From Opitutaceae bacterium (GTDB lineage Bacteria; Verrucomicrobiota; Verrucomicrobiia; Opitutales; Coraliomargaritaceae), in NCBI GenBank assembly GCA_051252375.1, contig JBPOFY010000002.1, positions 256,001-320,000 of the forward strand: DNA of 64,000 nucleotides. Reading direction: 5' to 3'. Position 1 is the first letter of the stretch, and each line of letters opens with the position of its first letter. A program made the translations under genes and the position numbers. This document shows, piece by piece, positions 27,676-38,006 of this stretch. Below the pieces are notes generated by a model. That model made no database searches, had not been told where the DNA came from, and worked only from the letters and a program-made list of their open reading frames with translations.

Positions 27676-29133
27676 TTAACTGCGCCCCCTGCGTTCCAGT
27701 CGATCGACAAACTCCTGCATAATCATCATGTAAAGTTCGTCTCCCAGATAAGCGTCTTCTACTCCGTGTTCGATACTGGGATTATCATTCACCTCGATCA
27801 CGTATATGTGCTTCCCCTTCTGCTTGATATCCACCCCATAGAGGCCATTGCCGATAATCGCACTCGCCTTGAGCGCAGCATCGATAACCGCTCGGGGCGC
27901 TTCGAAGGTCGGAATTGTCTCAAAGCTACCCGACTGCCCAGACTTACGACTGGAGGCGTGATTATATATCTGCCAATGGTCGCGTGCCATAAAGTATTTG
28001 CAGGCGTAGATAGCACGCCCGTTGAGCACTCCGATACGCCAATCATAATCCGTGTAAAGATACTCTTGAACCAGAGCCAAAGCAGACTCCTTAAACATCA
28101 ATGCCAATTTATCTTTTAGCTCCTCTCGGTTCGCCACTTTATACACACCGATCGAGAAAGAACTCTCAGGCATTTTCAATACAACTGGATAGCTGAACTT
28201 CGCTTCAATTCGATCCAGCTCTTTCGACTTATTGTTGGAGACAACCAAGGTGCCGGGTGCATGAACGCCATTATAACTGAAGGCGTCATGCAGAAAGATC
28301 TTATTACAACAGCGCATGATCGAAGTCGCATCATCGATCACGACCAACCCTTCGATTTCCGCCTTGCGAGACAAGCGATAGGTGGGGTGATCAATACTCG
28401 TCGTCTCACGGATAAAAAGTGCATCGTATTGCGAAACATACTTAAGCTGATCCGAACGTAAAATCTCAGCTTCAATGCCCACCTTAGAGGCTGCTTTAAC
28501 AAAACGCTTAATTGCCTCAGCGTCGCTCGGGGCTGTCGCTTCATCAGGGTTATAGAGGATCGCCATATCCCAACGATGCTGGCGACGACTCGGGTTGCGC
28601 CAGACTTGTTGAGTAAACACTCGTAAACGTTCATAGAACATCTCGCGCTTATCCTCATTTAACCCTGAAAGGTTTCCACGCTCGACCTGTATTTCGACCC
28701 CATTTTCCCCGCGAGACAAAGTCGCCTTCAATAAAGGCGATGCATAGCGCTCAAATAAAGAACGCGCTACCTTGCGCCATTCTTCATCTGGGACCCAGCC
28801 AAAGAAAATGTCTAACTCCACTGGCACGTCTAAGCTGCCAACGATCTTCGGCAACAACGGTCGCAGAGGCTGATGCCGCTCATCCATGTCATCTTGATAC
28901 CGTAGATCATTGATCGTATTGACACTTGGCAAAACACGGTGCTGCCGTGATTCAGCCAAGAGCGAACAATAATAACCACGGCTCAAATAATGCTCCGTAT
29001 CGCACAAATTTATGATCCGTGTTCGAGGCTCTCCAAGCTTTGGGTAGTCCGCTAAATACTGATCGAAAGTTATTACATTGAGATCTAGCGAGGGTGTCTC
29101 CGCCTGATCAGTCACAACGATGGTTTTATACAT
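27676..29133 (-). CDS. RimK-family ATP-grasp ligase with RLAN N-terminal domain
   Basis: INLC...YLSRGYYCSLLAESR, DALFIRETT, GLYGVDIK, IEVNDNP; ATG at 29133. Confidence 0.88.
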   Translation of the reverse strand: MYKTIVVTDQAETPSLDLNVITFDQYLADYPKLGEPRTRIINLCDTEHYLSRGYYCSLLAESRQHRVLPSVNTINDLRYQDDMDERHQPLRPLLPKIVGSLDVPVELDIFFGWVPDEEWRKVARSLFERYASPLLKATLSRGENGVEIQVERGNLSGLNEDKREMFYERLRVFTQQVWRNPSRRQHRWDMAILYNPDEATAPSDAEAIKRFVKAASKVGIEAEILRSDQLKYVSQYDALFIRETTSIDHPTYRLSRKAEIEGLVVIDDATSIMRCCNKIFLHDAFSYNGVHAPGTLVVSNNKSKELDRIEAKFSYPVVLKMPESSFSIGVYKVANREELKDKLALMFKESALALVQEYLYTDYDWRIGVLNGRAIYACKYFMARDHWQIYNHASSRKSGQSGSFETIPTFEAPRAVIDAALKASAIIGNGLYGVDIKQKGKHIYVIEVNDNPSIEHGVEDAYLGDELYMMIMQEFVDRLERRGRS

Positions 29134-29484
29134 TAATAAACCTGAGGATAGACAATCAGAACGCAAATACGCCAACCGCGACACTCACATATTCTATCAT
29201 TTAGGTGAGGTGCTATATGAGACTTTTTTTGAAAAAGTCACTCTTATTACAAAGCTATTTTAACCCAGTTTATGCATGTGTGCTTTGCAACTGACGCCCA
29301 AGGGAACGTATATAAATACGTGACTGCGGGGCGGATAGACCGCAAAGTGCGCATGTCGCCTAAGCGTTTTTCGAACACCATAAGGTGACCACATTTTTAA
29401 TGCGATGCATTATAAATGTGGCTGATCAACAATCACTTAGACACCGAGAACTCCTGTTCAAAAACTCGTTTGCAGAATTCGGGT

Positions 29485-30975
29485 TCAAGAGCGCTCGTAA
29501 CGGCTCGGCAGATCATCTGCCCGAGCATTCAATCGCCAGATCAGCCAAGCAAACGCACCGGCTAATGCCCCACCAAGGTGCGCACCGCCGGAGACATAGC
29601 TCACACCAACCATCTGCTGCCCCGCGATGACAAACTGGAAAATCACCCAAATACCAAACATCCAGATAGCACTCATGCGCCACCAATAGGCCTTAAAGAA
29701 AAACCAAAACACCATCGCCAACTGCGTCTTTGGGAATCGCAGAGCGTAAAAAGCAATCACCCCTGAAATCCCCCCACTCGCCCCAATGCACGGCACCGTT
29801 GAATTAGGATCGATTAAGATATGACAAAAATGTCCACTCACCGTGGCGAGGCAAAGTAGACCAAAAAACTCCAAGGACCCGAGGCACTTCTCCACATTAT
29901 CTCCAAAGATGACAAGAAAGTAGAGATTACCGATCAGGTGCAGCAGACCGCCATGCAGGAAAAACGCAGTCAACCAAGTCAAGCCACCCATACGCCCAAA
30001 TTCAGACGGGATTAAGCCATAGGCATCAACAATCGACTGCAGGTCCAGCATCGCGAGCAAGCTCACCACTCCGACGCCAAATGCGAGCACCCAAGTCAGC
30101 CAAGGCTTATCCGCTTTATCCATCCGCCCGAAGGGTTGCTCATCTTCTACTGGCATACCCAATAAGGCCGGCAGCCATTGCCAAAATTGTGTCGGTGAAC
30201 CACCCCAGCCGCTGCGAGATCGATCCGACTTCCGGATGACACTCCGCCGCTGAATCGGCTCAGGCTTCGACATCGTTTGCGAAATCGGCGATTCTCCGGA
30301 ACGTCGAGGGGCTTTCGACTCTCGGTCTGGACGACGGTGGGTCGGCTTACGCTTCGATTTCCTTTTTGAAATCCCCTCGCGTTGCATCACATCCTGTAAC
30401 GATGTGCCCTCACGAGTCGATTGCGCATAAGTCACTCGCTTGCGCTCCACAACGGGTGCCGCCTTCACTTTTAGCGGTGGCGGCGCACTCACTGGCTGCG
30501 ACGGTTCCTTGAGTGGCGGTGGTGCCGATGCGATTTGAACAGGAGGCGACTTCGCTGCCTTCATCGGCGGTGGTGCCGAACGTGCTTGCCGCGTCTGCGC
30601 GATACGCGCGCGCACCGCCGCTTTCAAGTCTTCCGCAGATTGCTTTGTCGGCACAAAATAAGCGAGGTCTGCCCACTCTCCATCATCGAGCCAAACGAAC
30701 TGGCATCCTGTGCAGACGTCGATCTTTCGGGTCTTTCCATCCGCATCGACCGAGATTTCCTCCATAGGCCGCGTGCAACCAGGGCAGGCATGTTTTCTCG
30801 GATATGAGCCCATCCGCGCCCGCTGCCAAAGCCCGTTGATCGCATCGCGATCCACCACCTTACGCAACAAAGACATCGTGAGCGCCGACCCTTCGCAAGT
30901 CGAACAATGCCAAAACACCCCGAAATCATTCTTTCGGCGCGCTAAAGCAGTGTGACACTTTGGGCAATCAGGCAT
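29485..30975 (-). CDS. Rhomboid intramembrane protease with two N-terminal Zn-ribbons
   Basis: CPKC/CSTC and CPGC/CTGC; FLHGG..HL.GN, FGDNVE, GASG, AHLGG. Confidence 0.88.
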   Translation of the reverse strand: MPDCPKCHTALARRKNDFGVFWHCSTCEGSALTMSLLRKVVDRDAINGLWQRARMGSYPRKHACPGCTRPMEEISVDADGKTRKIDVCTGCQFVWLDDGEWADLAYFVPTKQSAEDLKAAVRARIAQTRQARSAPPPMKAAKSPPVQIASAPPPLKEPSQPVSAPPPLKVKAAPVVERKRVTYAQSTREGTSLQDVMQREGISKRKSKRKPTHRRPDRESKAPRRSGESPISQTMSKPEPIQRRSVIRKSDRSRSGWGGSPTQFWQWLPALLGMPVEDEQPFGRMDKADKPWLTWVLAFGVGVVSLLAMLDLQSIVDAYGLIPSEFGRMGGLTWLTAFFLHGGLLHLIGNLYFLVIFGDNVEKCLGSLEFFGLLCLATVSGHFCHILIDPNSTVPCIGASGGISGVIAFYALRFPKTQLAMVFWFFFKAYWWRMSAIWMFGIWVIFQFVIAGQQMVGVSYVSGGAHLGGALAGAFAWLIWRLNARADDLPSRYERS

Positions 30976-31140
30976 TTTCTTAAATGTGTTAGTTCATGAT
31001 ACAGATGCAAGCATCTTGCAGGGCAACTTAGAGGCGACACTAACCGCACCGGTGATGCATACATCGCGCGCTCCATGGTGGCTTAGCCCAACAACATAAA
31101 CTTGATTGATACTGCGATATCAGATGCTATTCACAGTCTA

Positions 31141-32049
31141 ATGCCGGACGACAAAACATTCCCCACCTTCAAATTAAGTAGAAAGCCCAATGACAGGACT
31201 AAAACTGATGAAAGCGCTAAAGCTGAATCAGATGCCGAGGCTAAAAAAACACCACTTTCACTGCTGGTCGGTAAATCAGTGGAACCAGACAAACCGAGCA
31301 ATCAGGAAGTCACTAGCGTCGAACAAATATTGGAGGCAGCATACGCCCCTGATCGCGAAAGATCAAAGTGGGCAAAGCGTAACAAACGAATCGTCACGAT
31401 CAGCATCCTGCTGGCGGTCATGCTACTCTCGACATTCCTCACTTTTGGCTACGCCCACCTCTGGCAAAAATGGCCTTTATTGCAGCCAGTCAGTTGGTAT
31501 ATCCCGTTTATTCTTTCCGTAGTCATCTCCGTTTACTTCTGCATAAAGGCCTATGCGTTATTCTCAAAAGAACGCAGCCACTCACTCGCAATAACAGGAA
31601 TTTGCGCAGCGCTCGGTCTCGCATACTGGAATGTCACCGTCCTAGACTATACGACCCACCCCGAAGCGAGAGCGCCAACAAACTGCTTCTGGGAGCCGCA
31701 GGATATGTCCGAAATGCTACTAGCCTACGAGCTGAATGCCTGCCGTGGATGGAGCACAAACACCGCAACTTATAAGGACATTAGCCTCGAGGACTATCGA
31801 ACAGCCTTTCACGCACTGCCAGTCCCTGAATGGAAAAGCTATTTCAAAACTTATCTATCTGCAGATGAGTTAAGCAAAGTAACTACCATTAATATCAATA
31901 AGAACATGAACGTTGTCGCTGAACGCATGCAACAGCGTCGCACCGAAATCTGGACCGAGTTCGATGAGCTATACAAGAAGCCGCCATTTCTACTAAAGTT
32001 AAAGCAGTTGGCACTAGCTCCATATACGTGGGTTTTGAAACTGCTGTAA
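31141..32049 (+). CDS. Hypothetical membrane protein (3 helices)
   Basis: Long ORF with three hydrophobic segments. Confidence 0.6.
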   Translation: MPDDKTFPTFKLSRKPNDRTKTDESAKAESDAEAKKTPLSLLVGKSVEPDKPSNQEVTSVEQILEAAYAPDRERSKWAKRNKRIVTISILLAVMLLSTFLTFGYAHLWQKWPLLQPVSWYIPFILSVVISVYFCIKAYALFSKERSHSLAITGICAALGLAYWNVTVLDYTTHPEARAPTNCFWEPQDMSEMLLAYELNACRGWSTNTATYKDISLEDYRTAFHALPVPEWKSYFKTYLSADELSKVTTININKNMNVVAERMQQRRTEIWTEFDELYKKPPFLLKLKQLALAPYTWVLKLL

Positions 32050-32134
32050 TTGCAGACAAGCTGATCTCCGGAACTTTATTACAGAAAAGGCCTAACCACA
32101 ACGCTCCGCCTTTTGAAAACATCAACGAAGGATT

Positions 32135-33667
32135 CTATTCGCGGCGTGGCTCCCAGTGGATGACTAAGTCGTCGGGGCTACCAAGGCGGTCATCTTTCCC
32201 GGCACTCGCAAGCGTAAAGCCATTCGCCTCGATCGTGTAGGTGTAAGATTGCTGAGTGGCCGGGTCGGTCGGCACCACGAGTCCGACTGACGCTTCCAGT
32301 TCCGCTAAGCTATTAGGCAGCGGGTTTCCTGCTTTCGCATGGAGGCAAAGATTCACAGCAATTTGCAGTAAATCGAGACGTCGCTGACCATCGACGGTGT
32401 TGGCACCCACTTTCTGATACGAAGGAACCGACATCAAAAGCAAGTTATCGAAAAATGCATGGGCTTCCTCAATCCGATCCCTTCGATCCGACATCGCTTT
32501 GAGCTCTTCTAGGTTCACGGTTCCACTCTCCAAGTCGAATGTGCCTAAGTAATCGCCCATGAACCGAGCGTAGCGTGATAGCATCTGTAAATTCCAGCCT
32601 TCGGCAGGCACGAACTGACGAAGCAATTTTGCCATCCACTGCTTAAAAACAAGCTCATGTTCAGAGAAGATCAATGGAACCTCTTCTGCGCTTCCGAATT
32701 CACTGACAACTTCTTCCGGACTTTGAGCGAACCGTAACAGTGCATTAATCCCAGCGGTGACCTCATCTTGAAAAGTATGCCCAAGTCTTTGAACTAAGTC
32801 AGTATTTGCACAAAGCGCTTCAATCTTTTCGAGTTGCTCAATATCAAAGACATCTTGAGACATACCCGCCCACACAATCTCGCTGACATAATTTCGCATA
32901 ACGACGACCTCGATCATCTGGTTCACCAGAAAATGGGATTGAGAATTCAGGTTCGCGACGCGAGCCATTGCTTGGCAGTTTTCCAGCGCAAGCCCCGCAT
33001 CCCCTTCGTGTAAGGCCAAGATGGCTTCGGCGACTAATAGTCTCACAGATCTGCGAACGATTTTGAATGCAGGGATCGGTGAGGCAAAAGATAAACTATA
33101 GTCTCCAGGTAAATAGCTATCCGAACGTTGTTTACATTCGAGGCGGAGCTCTTCGAGGAGCGGACGATACGGTTCTATGATCTCGGCGAGCGCCTCCATC
33201 CGGTCGAGATGCGTGTCGCCAAAAATATCGAGCGACTCCGTCTCCGAGAGTGGAAAACCAAACACATCCTCTCTAGAGCCAAGCTTGAACGGGGCATATA
33301 GATCGTGCGTTTGTTGAGCCGCTTCTTCCGCCTCCTCTCCAAAAATCGCTTCCGCTTCCCAATCTCCGATATTATTATTTTTCCTATAATAACACGCGGT
33401 CATGATGCGCGACAGAGCTAGATTATCTTCCTCTGGGATGGGCTCGGGTATCAGCTCCGCCCAGTCCGTAGTGACCCCCTTAGCTTCTAGTCCGGCTTTG
33501 GTCTCACCCCATACGCGCGAACCTCTCCAGTTTTCAAAACTACTGAACAGAAATAAGGCGGCAAGGAGAAGGAGAAATCCAATAATAGAGATTTTGACCA
33601 ACTTCCGGAAAATTGACTTCTGTTTCGAAGGCTTTGATACGCTTGAAGACTTAGTGGGCTGGCTCAT
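32135..33667 (-). CDS. Membrane-anchored hypothetical protein with pseudopilin-like C-terminus
   Basis: N-terminal helix; DP...Y.Y...FTLASAGKD...DD tail; ATG at 33667. Confidence 0.6.
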   Translation of the reverse strand: MSQPTKSSSVSKPSKQKSIFRKLVKISIIGFLLLLAALFLFSSFENWRGSRVWGETKAGLEAKGVTTDWAELIPEPIPEEDNLALSRIMTACYYRKNNNIGDWEAEAIFGEEAEEAAQQTHDLYAPFKLGSREDVFGFPLSETESLDIFGDTHLDRMEALAEIIEPYRPLLEELRLECKQRSDSYLPGDYSLSFASPIPAFKIVRRSVRLLVAEAILALHEGDAGLALENCQAMARVANLNSQSHFLVNQMIEVVVMRNYVSEIVWAGMSQDVFDIEQLEKIEALCANTDLVQRLGHTFQDEVTAGINALLRFAQSPEEVVSEFGSAEEVPLIFSEHELVFKQWMAKLLRQFVPAEGWNLQMLSRYARFMGDYLGTFDLESGTVNLEELKAMSDRRDRIEEAHAFFDNLLLMSVPSYQKVGANTVDGQRRLDLLQIAVNLCLHAKAGNPLPNSLAELEASVGLVVPTDPATQQSYTYTIEANGFTLASAGKDDRLGSPDDLVIHWEPRRE

Positions 33668-33879
33668 TATACTATGGCTTGGGGGGTGATTGATGCCTGC
33701 GCAGCGTAACAGTAAACATAACGTATGATAACATAAGACATCCAACAACCGAGGTCGAATTTAAAATACCGATACGTAGCATCGATGCCCCTCACCGAGG
33801 GACGAACGCGTGCGAAAGTCGAACACCCAATGTCAAGTCACATAGGTGAAATCGAATCCATCCACTTCTACGGGACACG

Positions 33880-33910
33880 AAAAAGGCCGAGCTGCAAAGC
33901 TCGGCCTTTT
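33880..33910. terminator. Bidirectional terminator after purH
   Basis: AAAAAGGCCGAGC-TGCAAA-GCTCGGCCTTTT. Confidence 0.85.
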
Positions 33911-33918
33911 GAAAGAAT

Positions 33919-34001
33919 GGGAACATTGAACGTTCAATTTTGAATAACTACTGAGATCTCTTCTGATTATTCAGCGTTCGACGTTGGGCGTTCGACGTTC
34001 G
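33919..34001. repeat. Inverted heptamer-repeat element, second copy
   Basis: GGGAACATTGAACGTTCAA ... CGTTCGACGTTGGGCGTTCGACGTTC. Confidence 0.6.
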
Positions 34002-34012
34002 TGCCGCAGGCA

Positions 34013-35560
34013 CTAGTGCTTAAAGTGACGCTTGCCGGTGAAGACCATTACCATGTCGCGCTCGTCGGCAGCGGCGATGACTTCTTCGTCGCGGACGGAA
34101 CCACCGGGCTGAATCGCGGCTTTGGCACCGGCTTCGGCTGCAGCAATCAGACCATCGGCAAATGGGAAGAATGCATCGGAAGCGACGACCGAACCATCGA
34201 GGTCCAGTCCGGCTTCGCCTGCTTTCCAAACTGCGATCTTCGAGCTATCCACACGGGACATCTGCCCAGCACCAACACCAAGCGTGCGTTCGCAACCTGC
34301 GTAAACGATGGCGTTGGACTTCACGTGCTTCACGACATTCCATCCGAAGATCATGGCGCGCATTTCCTCAGCAGTTGGCTGACGCTTGGAAACAATCTTC
34401 CAGTCACTTGGGCGATCTGGCATAGTGTCGCGATCTTGCATGAGCACGCCGCCGACAACGGAGCGAATTTCTTGCAGCGAATCGGCTGGTAAAGTGCCCT
34501 TCACTATCATGAGACGAAGGTTCTTCTTTTTCGCGAAAATCTCGCGGGCCGCTGGAGTGAAGTCCGGCGCAATGATCACTTCGCAGAAGATCTTACTGAT
34601 GATTGCAGCGAGGTCGGCATCCATTGTTTGGTTCACGACGATGATGCCACCGAATGGTGCTTGCTGATCAGTCACGAAAGCTTGCTCCCATGCCTCGACC
34701 AAGGTGTCTGCACTAGCGACACCACAAGGATTGGTGTGCTTGAGAATCGCCACAGTTGGCTTTTGGAACTCACCGATCAGGTAAGTCGCCGCGGTGATGT
34801 CGATGATGTTGTTAAAGCTCAGTTCCTTACCTTGAAGCTGCTCGAAGCAATCGAAGAAGCTACCGTAAAGCGCAGCCTTTTGGTGTGGATTCTCGCCGTA
34901 GCGGAGGCTCTGCACTTGTGGGAGTTGGATATCCAACTGAGAAGGAATGCCGGAGATGTCGCCGAGGTTCGGCTCATTCACCTGACCTTCGAGGTATTTC
35001 GCGATCGCACCGTCGTAAGAAGAGGTGCGTTGAAAGACCTTAAGGGCCAACTCGCGACGCAGTTGGGTCAATGCGGCATCGTCACCCATGGCAGCGAGCA
35101 CGCGATCGTAGTCAGCCGCATCGACGATAACAGAGACCGACGCATGGTTCTTCGCCGCAGAACGCAGCATCGAAGGACCGCCGATATCGATATTTTCAAT
35201 CGCAAGCTCGAAAGTGACGTCTGGCTTGGCGACGGTTTCTTCAAATGGGTAAAGGTTCACCACAACGAGATCGATCATCTCAATTCCGTGCTCTGCAGCG
35301 GCGGACATGTGGTCTGCTTTATCGCGACGAGCGAGCAGTCCACCATGGATTTTCGGGTGCAATGTTTTGACGCGCCCCTCCATCATTTCAGGGAAACCGG
35401 TGTAATCGCTGACTTCCGTGACAGGAATGCCCTCTTTTTCCAGAAGTTTCGCGGTGCCGCCAGTGGAAAGGAGACGGTAGCCGTGTTGCTCGACGAGCGC
35501 TTTAGCGAACGGCACGAGACCGGATTTATCGCTGACGGAGAGAAGTGCGTTTTTTTGCAT
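34013..35560 (-). CDS. purH: Bifunctional AICAR formyltransferase/IMP cyclohydrolase
   Basis: [47 protein letters not shown]. Confidence 0.98.
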   Translation of the reverse strand: MQKNALLSVSDKSGLVPFAKALVEQHGYRLLSTGGTAKLLEKEGIPVTEVSDYTGFPEMMEGRVKTLHPKIHGGLLARRDKADHMSAAAEHGIEMIDLVVVNLYPFEETVAKPDVTFELAIENIDIGGPSMLRSAAKNHASVSVIVDAADYDRVLAAMGDDAALTQLRRELALKVFQRTSSYDGAIAKYLEGQVNEPNLGDISGIPSQLDIQLPQVQSLRYGENPHQKAALYGSFFDCFEQLQGKELSFNNIIDITAATYLIGEFQKPTVAILKHTNPCGVASADTLVEAWEQAFVTDQQAPFGGIIVVNQTMDADLAAIISKIFCEVIIAPDFTPAAREIFAKKKNLRLMIVKGTLPADSLQEIRSVVGGVLMQDRDTMPDRPSDWKIVSKRQPTAEEMRAMIFGWNVVKHVKSNAIVYAGCERTLGVGAGQMSRVDSSKIAVWKAGEAGLDLDGSVVASDAFFPFADGLIAAAEAGAKAAIQPGGSVRDEEVIAAADERDMVMVFTGKRHFKH

Positions 35561-35655
35561 AAATGAGTTGAGTTGATCTTTGAAGGGAAAGTGAAGTGCG
35601 GGATTAAAGCGCCTGCTGATTGCGCGCCAAGTCTTGAATTATTGTTAAGTGTAAA

Positions 35656-35666
35656 TAGCTTATGTC
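35656..35666. promoter_or_regulatory. Candidate ArsR operator half-site (TAGCTTATGTC)
   Basis: Exact reverse complement of 36339-36349. Confidence 0.4.
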
Positions 35667-35669
35667 CCA

Positions 35670-36185
35670 ATGAGCCAAAAAACCATTTCACCGCATGAAC
35701 TTCCGCAACTTTTCGTCAACCAAAGCACCGTCATCGACGTGCGCACGCCTGGCGAGTTCAACGCAGCCCATGTCAATGGCGCACAGCTCCAGCCACTGGA
35801 CCAGCTCGATGCGGCTTCATTTTGCCAGACATATGGCACCGAGAACCCTGTCTATGTGCTCTGCCAAAGTGGTAAACGTGCATGTATGGCAGCTGATAAG
35901 CTCATCGGCGCAGGTCACCAAAATGTAATCGTCGTCGAAGGCGGCACCGCAGCAGCTATCGAACACGGTCTCGACATTAATTATGGAAAAGGAGCCATCT
36001 CCATCGAACGACAAGTGCGTATCACCGCGGGGTCACTCGCCTTTTTAGGCACAATACTCGGCCTTTTCGTGCACGCTGGCTTTTTCGGCATCCCCGCCTT
36101 TGTCGGGGCTGGTCTCGTATTCGCAGGTGTCACCGATACGTGCGGCATGAGTATGATACTCTCGAAGTTCCCCTGGAATCGATAG
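35670..36185 (+). CDS. Rhodanese with DUF2892 membrane domain (YgaP-like)
   Basis: DVRTPGEF...H, CQSGKRA active loop, ERQVRI.AG, TCGM. Confidence 0.9.
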   Translation: MSQKTISPHELPQLFVNQSTVIDVRTPGEFNAAHVNGAQLQPLDQLDAASFCQTYGTENPVYVLCQSGKRACMAADKLIGAGHQNVIVVEGGTAAAIEHGLDINYGKGAISIERQVRITAGSLAFLGTILGLFVHAGFFGIPAFVGAGLVFAGVTDTCGMSMILSKFPWNR

Positions 36186-36336
36186 CGCTAGGGTGACAAG
36201 TGCACCCACACTCAAATAGAGCACGGCCATTGGATCAAAGACTACCCGTCTTTGTGACATTTTTAGCGATCCAATCCGACCCGATATAAGGATTCATCAT
36301 GCCCCACAGAAGTAGCTCTACTTAAATTAAAACGTA

Positions 36337-36356
36337 TTGACATAAGCTAAGGTTAT
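36337..36356 (+). promoter_or_regulatory. TTGACA -35 overlapped by candidate ArsR operator
   Basis: TTGACATAAGCTAAGGTTAT; contains the ATAAGC/GGTTAT imperfect dyad. Confidence 0.45.
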
Positions 36357-36374
36357 CGCAAGAGTTTAATAGTA

Positions 36375-36719
36375 ATGAAACTCTTAAATCCAGTTGCCTT
36401 GGAAATTAAGACTCAATTTGAGAATAATGAGGCGCTGTGCCAGAAGGTCATAGGGATCTTTCAATTAGCGGCTAATAAGACTCGGTTCCGCATCATTTGC
36501 ACGCTCTCCAAAGGAGATTTCTGCGTAAATGACATTGCGGAAATCATCGGCGCCGAACGGCTATCAAATGTTTCACAGCAGCTAAAGATGCTACGCTTAG
36601 CTGGCTTGATCGAAAGTCGACGTGAGAAATCTCAAGTCATTTACAGCCTCACCGACGAGAAGGTTAGGCGCATGATCGCTTTCCTACAGGAAGAATTTCT
36701 ATCAACGGAGGGAACCTAA
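36375..36719 (+). CDS. ArsR/SmtB family regulator (probably persulfide-responsive)
   Basis: R.RIIC.L...CV.DI, SNVSQQL..LR.AGLI..RRE...Y.L; cluster context. Confidence 0.85.
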   Translation: MKLLNPVALEIKTQFENNEALCQKVIGIFQLAANKTRFRIICTLSKGDFCVNDIAEIIGAERLSNVSQQLKMLRLAGLIESRREKSQVIYSLTDEKVRRMIAFLQEEFLSTEGT

Positions 36720-37972
36720 TGAAACATATATTGATACTCGGAGCGGGAACAGCGGGAACCATCATGGCAAACACACTCGCACGTAAGACGAGTGTTGATT
36801 GGACCATTACAGTCGTCGATCAATCGGCGGAGCACTATTACCAACCGGGCTTCCTATTCATGCCCTTCGGCATATATTCCGAAAAAGACGTGGTCAAAAA
36901 GCGGAAGCGCTTCCTGCCTTCAGCAGTCAATTATCAGCAAGCAGGTATCGATCGTATTCTGCCCGATGAAAATACAGTCCTTCTCGCGGACAAGAGTGTC
37001 TTAAAATATGACATACTCATCGTTGCAACTGGCTGCGACATTGCACCCACAGAGATCGAAGGGCTCACGGGACCGGACTGGAACAATCGAGCATTTGACT
37101 TCTACACTTTTGAGGGCGCACGACGTCTAACCAAAGCACTTCAAAATTGGAAAGGCGGTCGGCTTGTTATCAATATTGCCGAGATGCCAATCAAGTGCCC
37201 AGTCGCACCACTTGAGTTCGCCTTTCTTGCGGATTGGTGGCTCACCAAACAAGGGCTTCGAGATAAGACCGAAATCATATATTCCACTCCCCTATCTGGA
37301 GCTTTCACGAAACCCGTCGCCTCTGCCATTCTGAGCCACCTGCTAGAAGAAAAATCCATTAAAGTAGAACAGGATTTTTCTATTGGCAGCGTCGATACGG
37401 ACACTCACGAAATAGTCTCTTGGGATGAACGCCGGATCCCCTACGACCTACTGGTCTCCGTGCCACCCAATATGGGTAATGCCGTAATCGAGCGTTCCGA
37501 GTTGGGAGACGAATTAAACTTCCTGCCCACTGATCGCGATACGTTGAAACTGAAGGGGCATGAAAATGTCTTTGTGATTGGAGACGCTACAGATCTACCC
37601 ACTTCAAAAGCCGGATCGGTCGCGCACTTTGAAGCAGAGGTTTTAACGGAAAACATCCTTGCTCATATCAAGGGCAATGAGCTCGAAGCGCGTTTCGATG
37701 GTCATGCTAACTGCTTCATCGAATCGGGTTTCGGCAAAGGCTTCCTCCTCGACTTCAACTACGAGGTCGAGCCAGTGCAGGGTAAATTCCCGATTCCTTA
37801 CATCGGTCCATTCGGACTGCTCAAAGAGTCCCGACTCAACCACATCGGCAAGCTAGCTTTCCGACACATCTACTGGCACGCGCTGCTGAAGGGCTACCCG
37901 ATCCCGCTCGTTGGCCACCGCATGTCTACTCGAGGTAAAGAGCTGCCCGAAAGCATCAAAGCCAGCGCATAA
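36719..37972 (+). CDS. sqr: Sulfide:quinone oxidoreductase (type III-like)
   Basis: GAGTAG, HYYQPG, KCPVAPLE, GDATDLPTSKAG, FDGHANCF. Confidence 0.85.
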   Translation: MKHILILGAGTAGTIMANTLARKTSVDWTITVVDQSAEHYYQPGFLFMPFGIYSEKDVVKKRKRFLPSAVNYQQAGIDRILPDENTVLLADKSVLKYDILIVATGCDIAPTEIEGLTGPDWNNRAFDFYTFEGARRLTKALQNWKGGRLVINIAEMPIKCPVAPLEFAFLADWWLTKQGLRDKTEIIYSTPLSGAFTKPVASAILSHLLEEKSIKVEQDFSIGSVDTDTHEIVSWDERRIPYDLLVSVPPNMGNAVIERSELGDELNFLPTDRDTLKLKGHENVFVIGDATDLPTSKAGSVAHFEAEVLTENILAHIKGNELEARFDGHANCFIESGFGKGFLLDFNYEVEPVQGKFPIPYIGPFGLLKESRLNHIGKLAFRHIYWHALLKGYPIPLVGHRMSTRGKELPESIKASA

Positions 37973-38006
37973 TTTTAATTAACCCCAACTAGAAAGAGAA
38001 CAAACC

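Noticed and set aside
29306..29323. ACGTAT-ATAAAT-ACGTGA as another regulon site (also TATCCT at 60521)
   Set aside because: Only one half matches and there is no -10 hexamer at the 20-21 nt spacing.
34628..35566. 312-aa plus-strand ORF
   Set aside because: Antisense shadow of purH with no recognisable motifs. The same applies to 42782-43501, 55612-56220 and 13893-14471.
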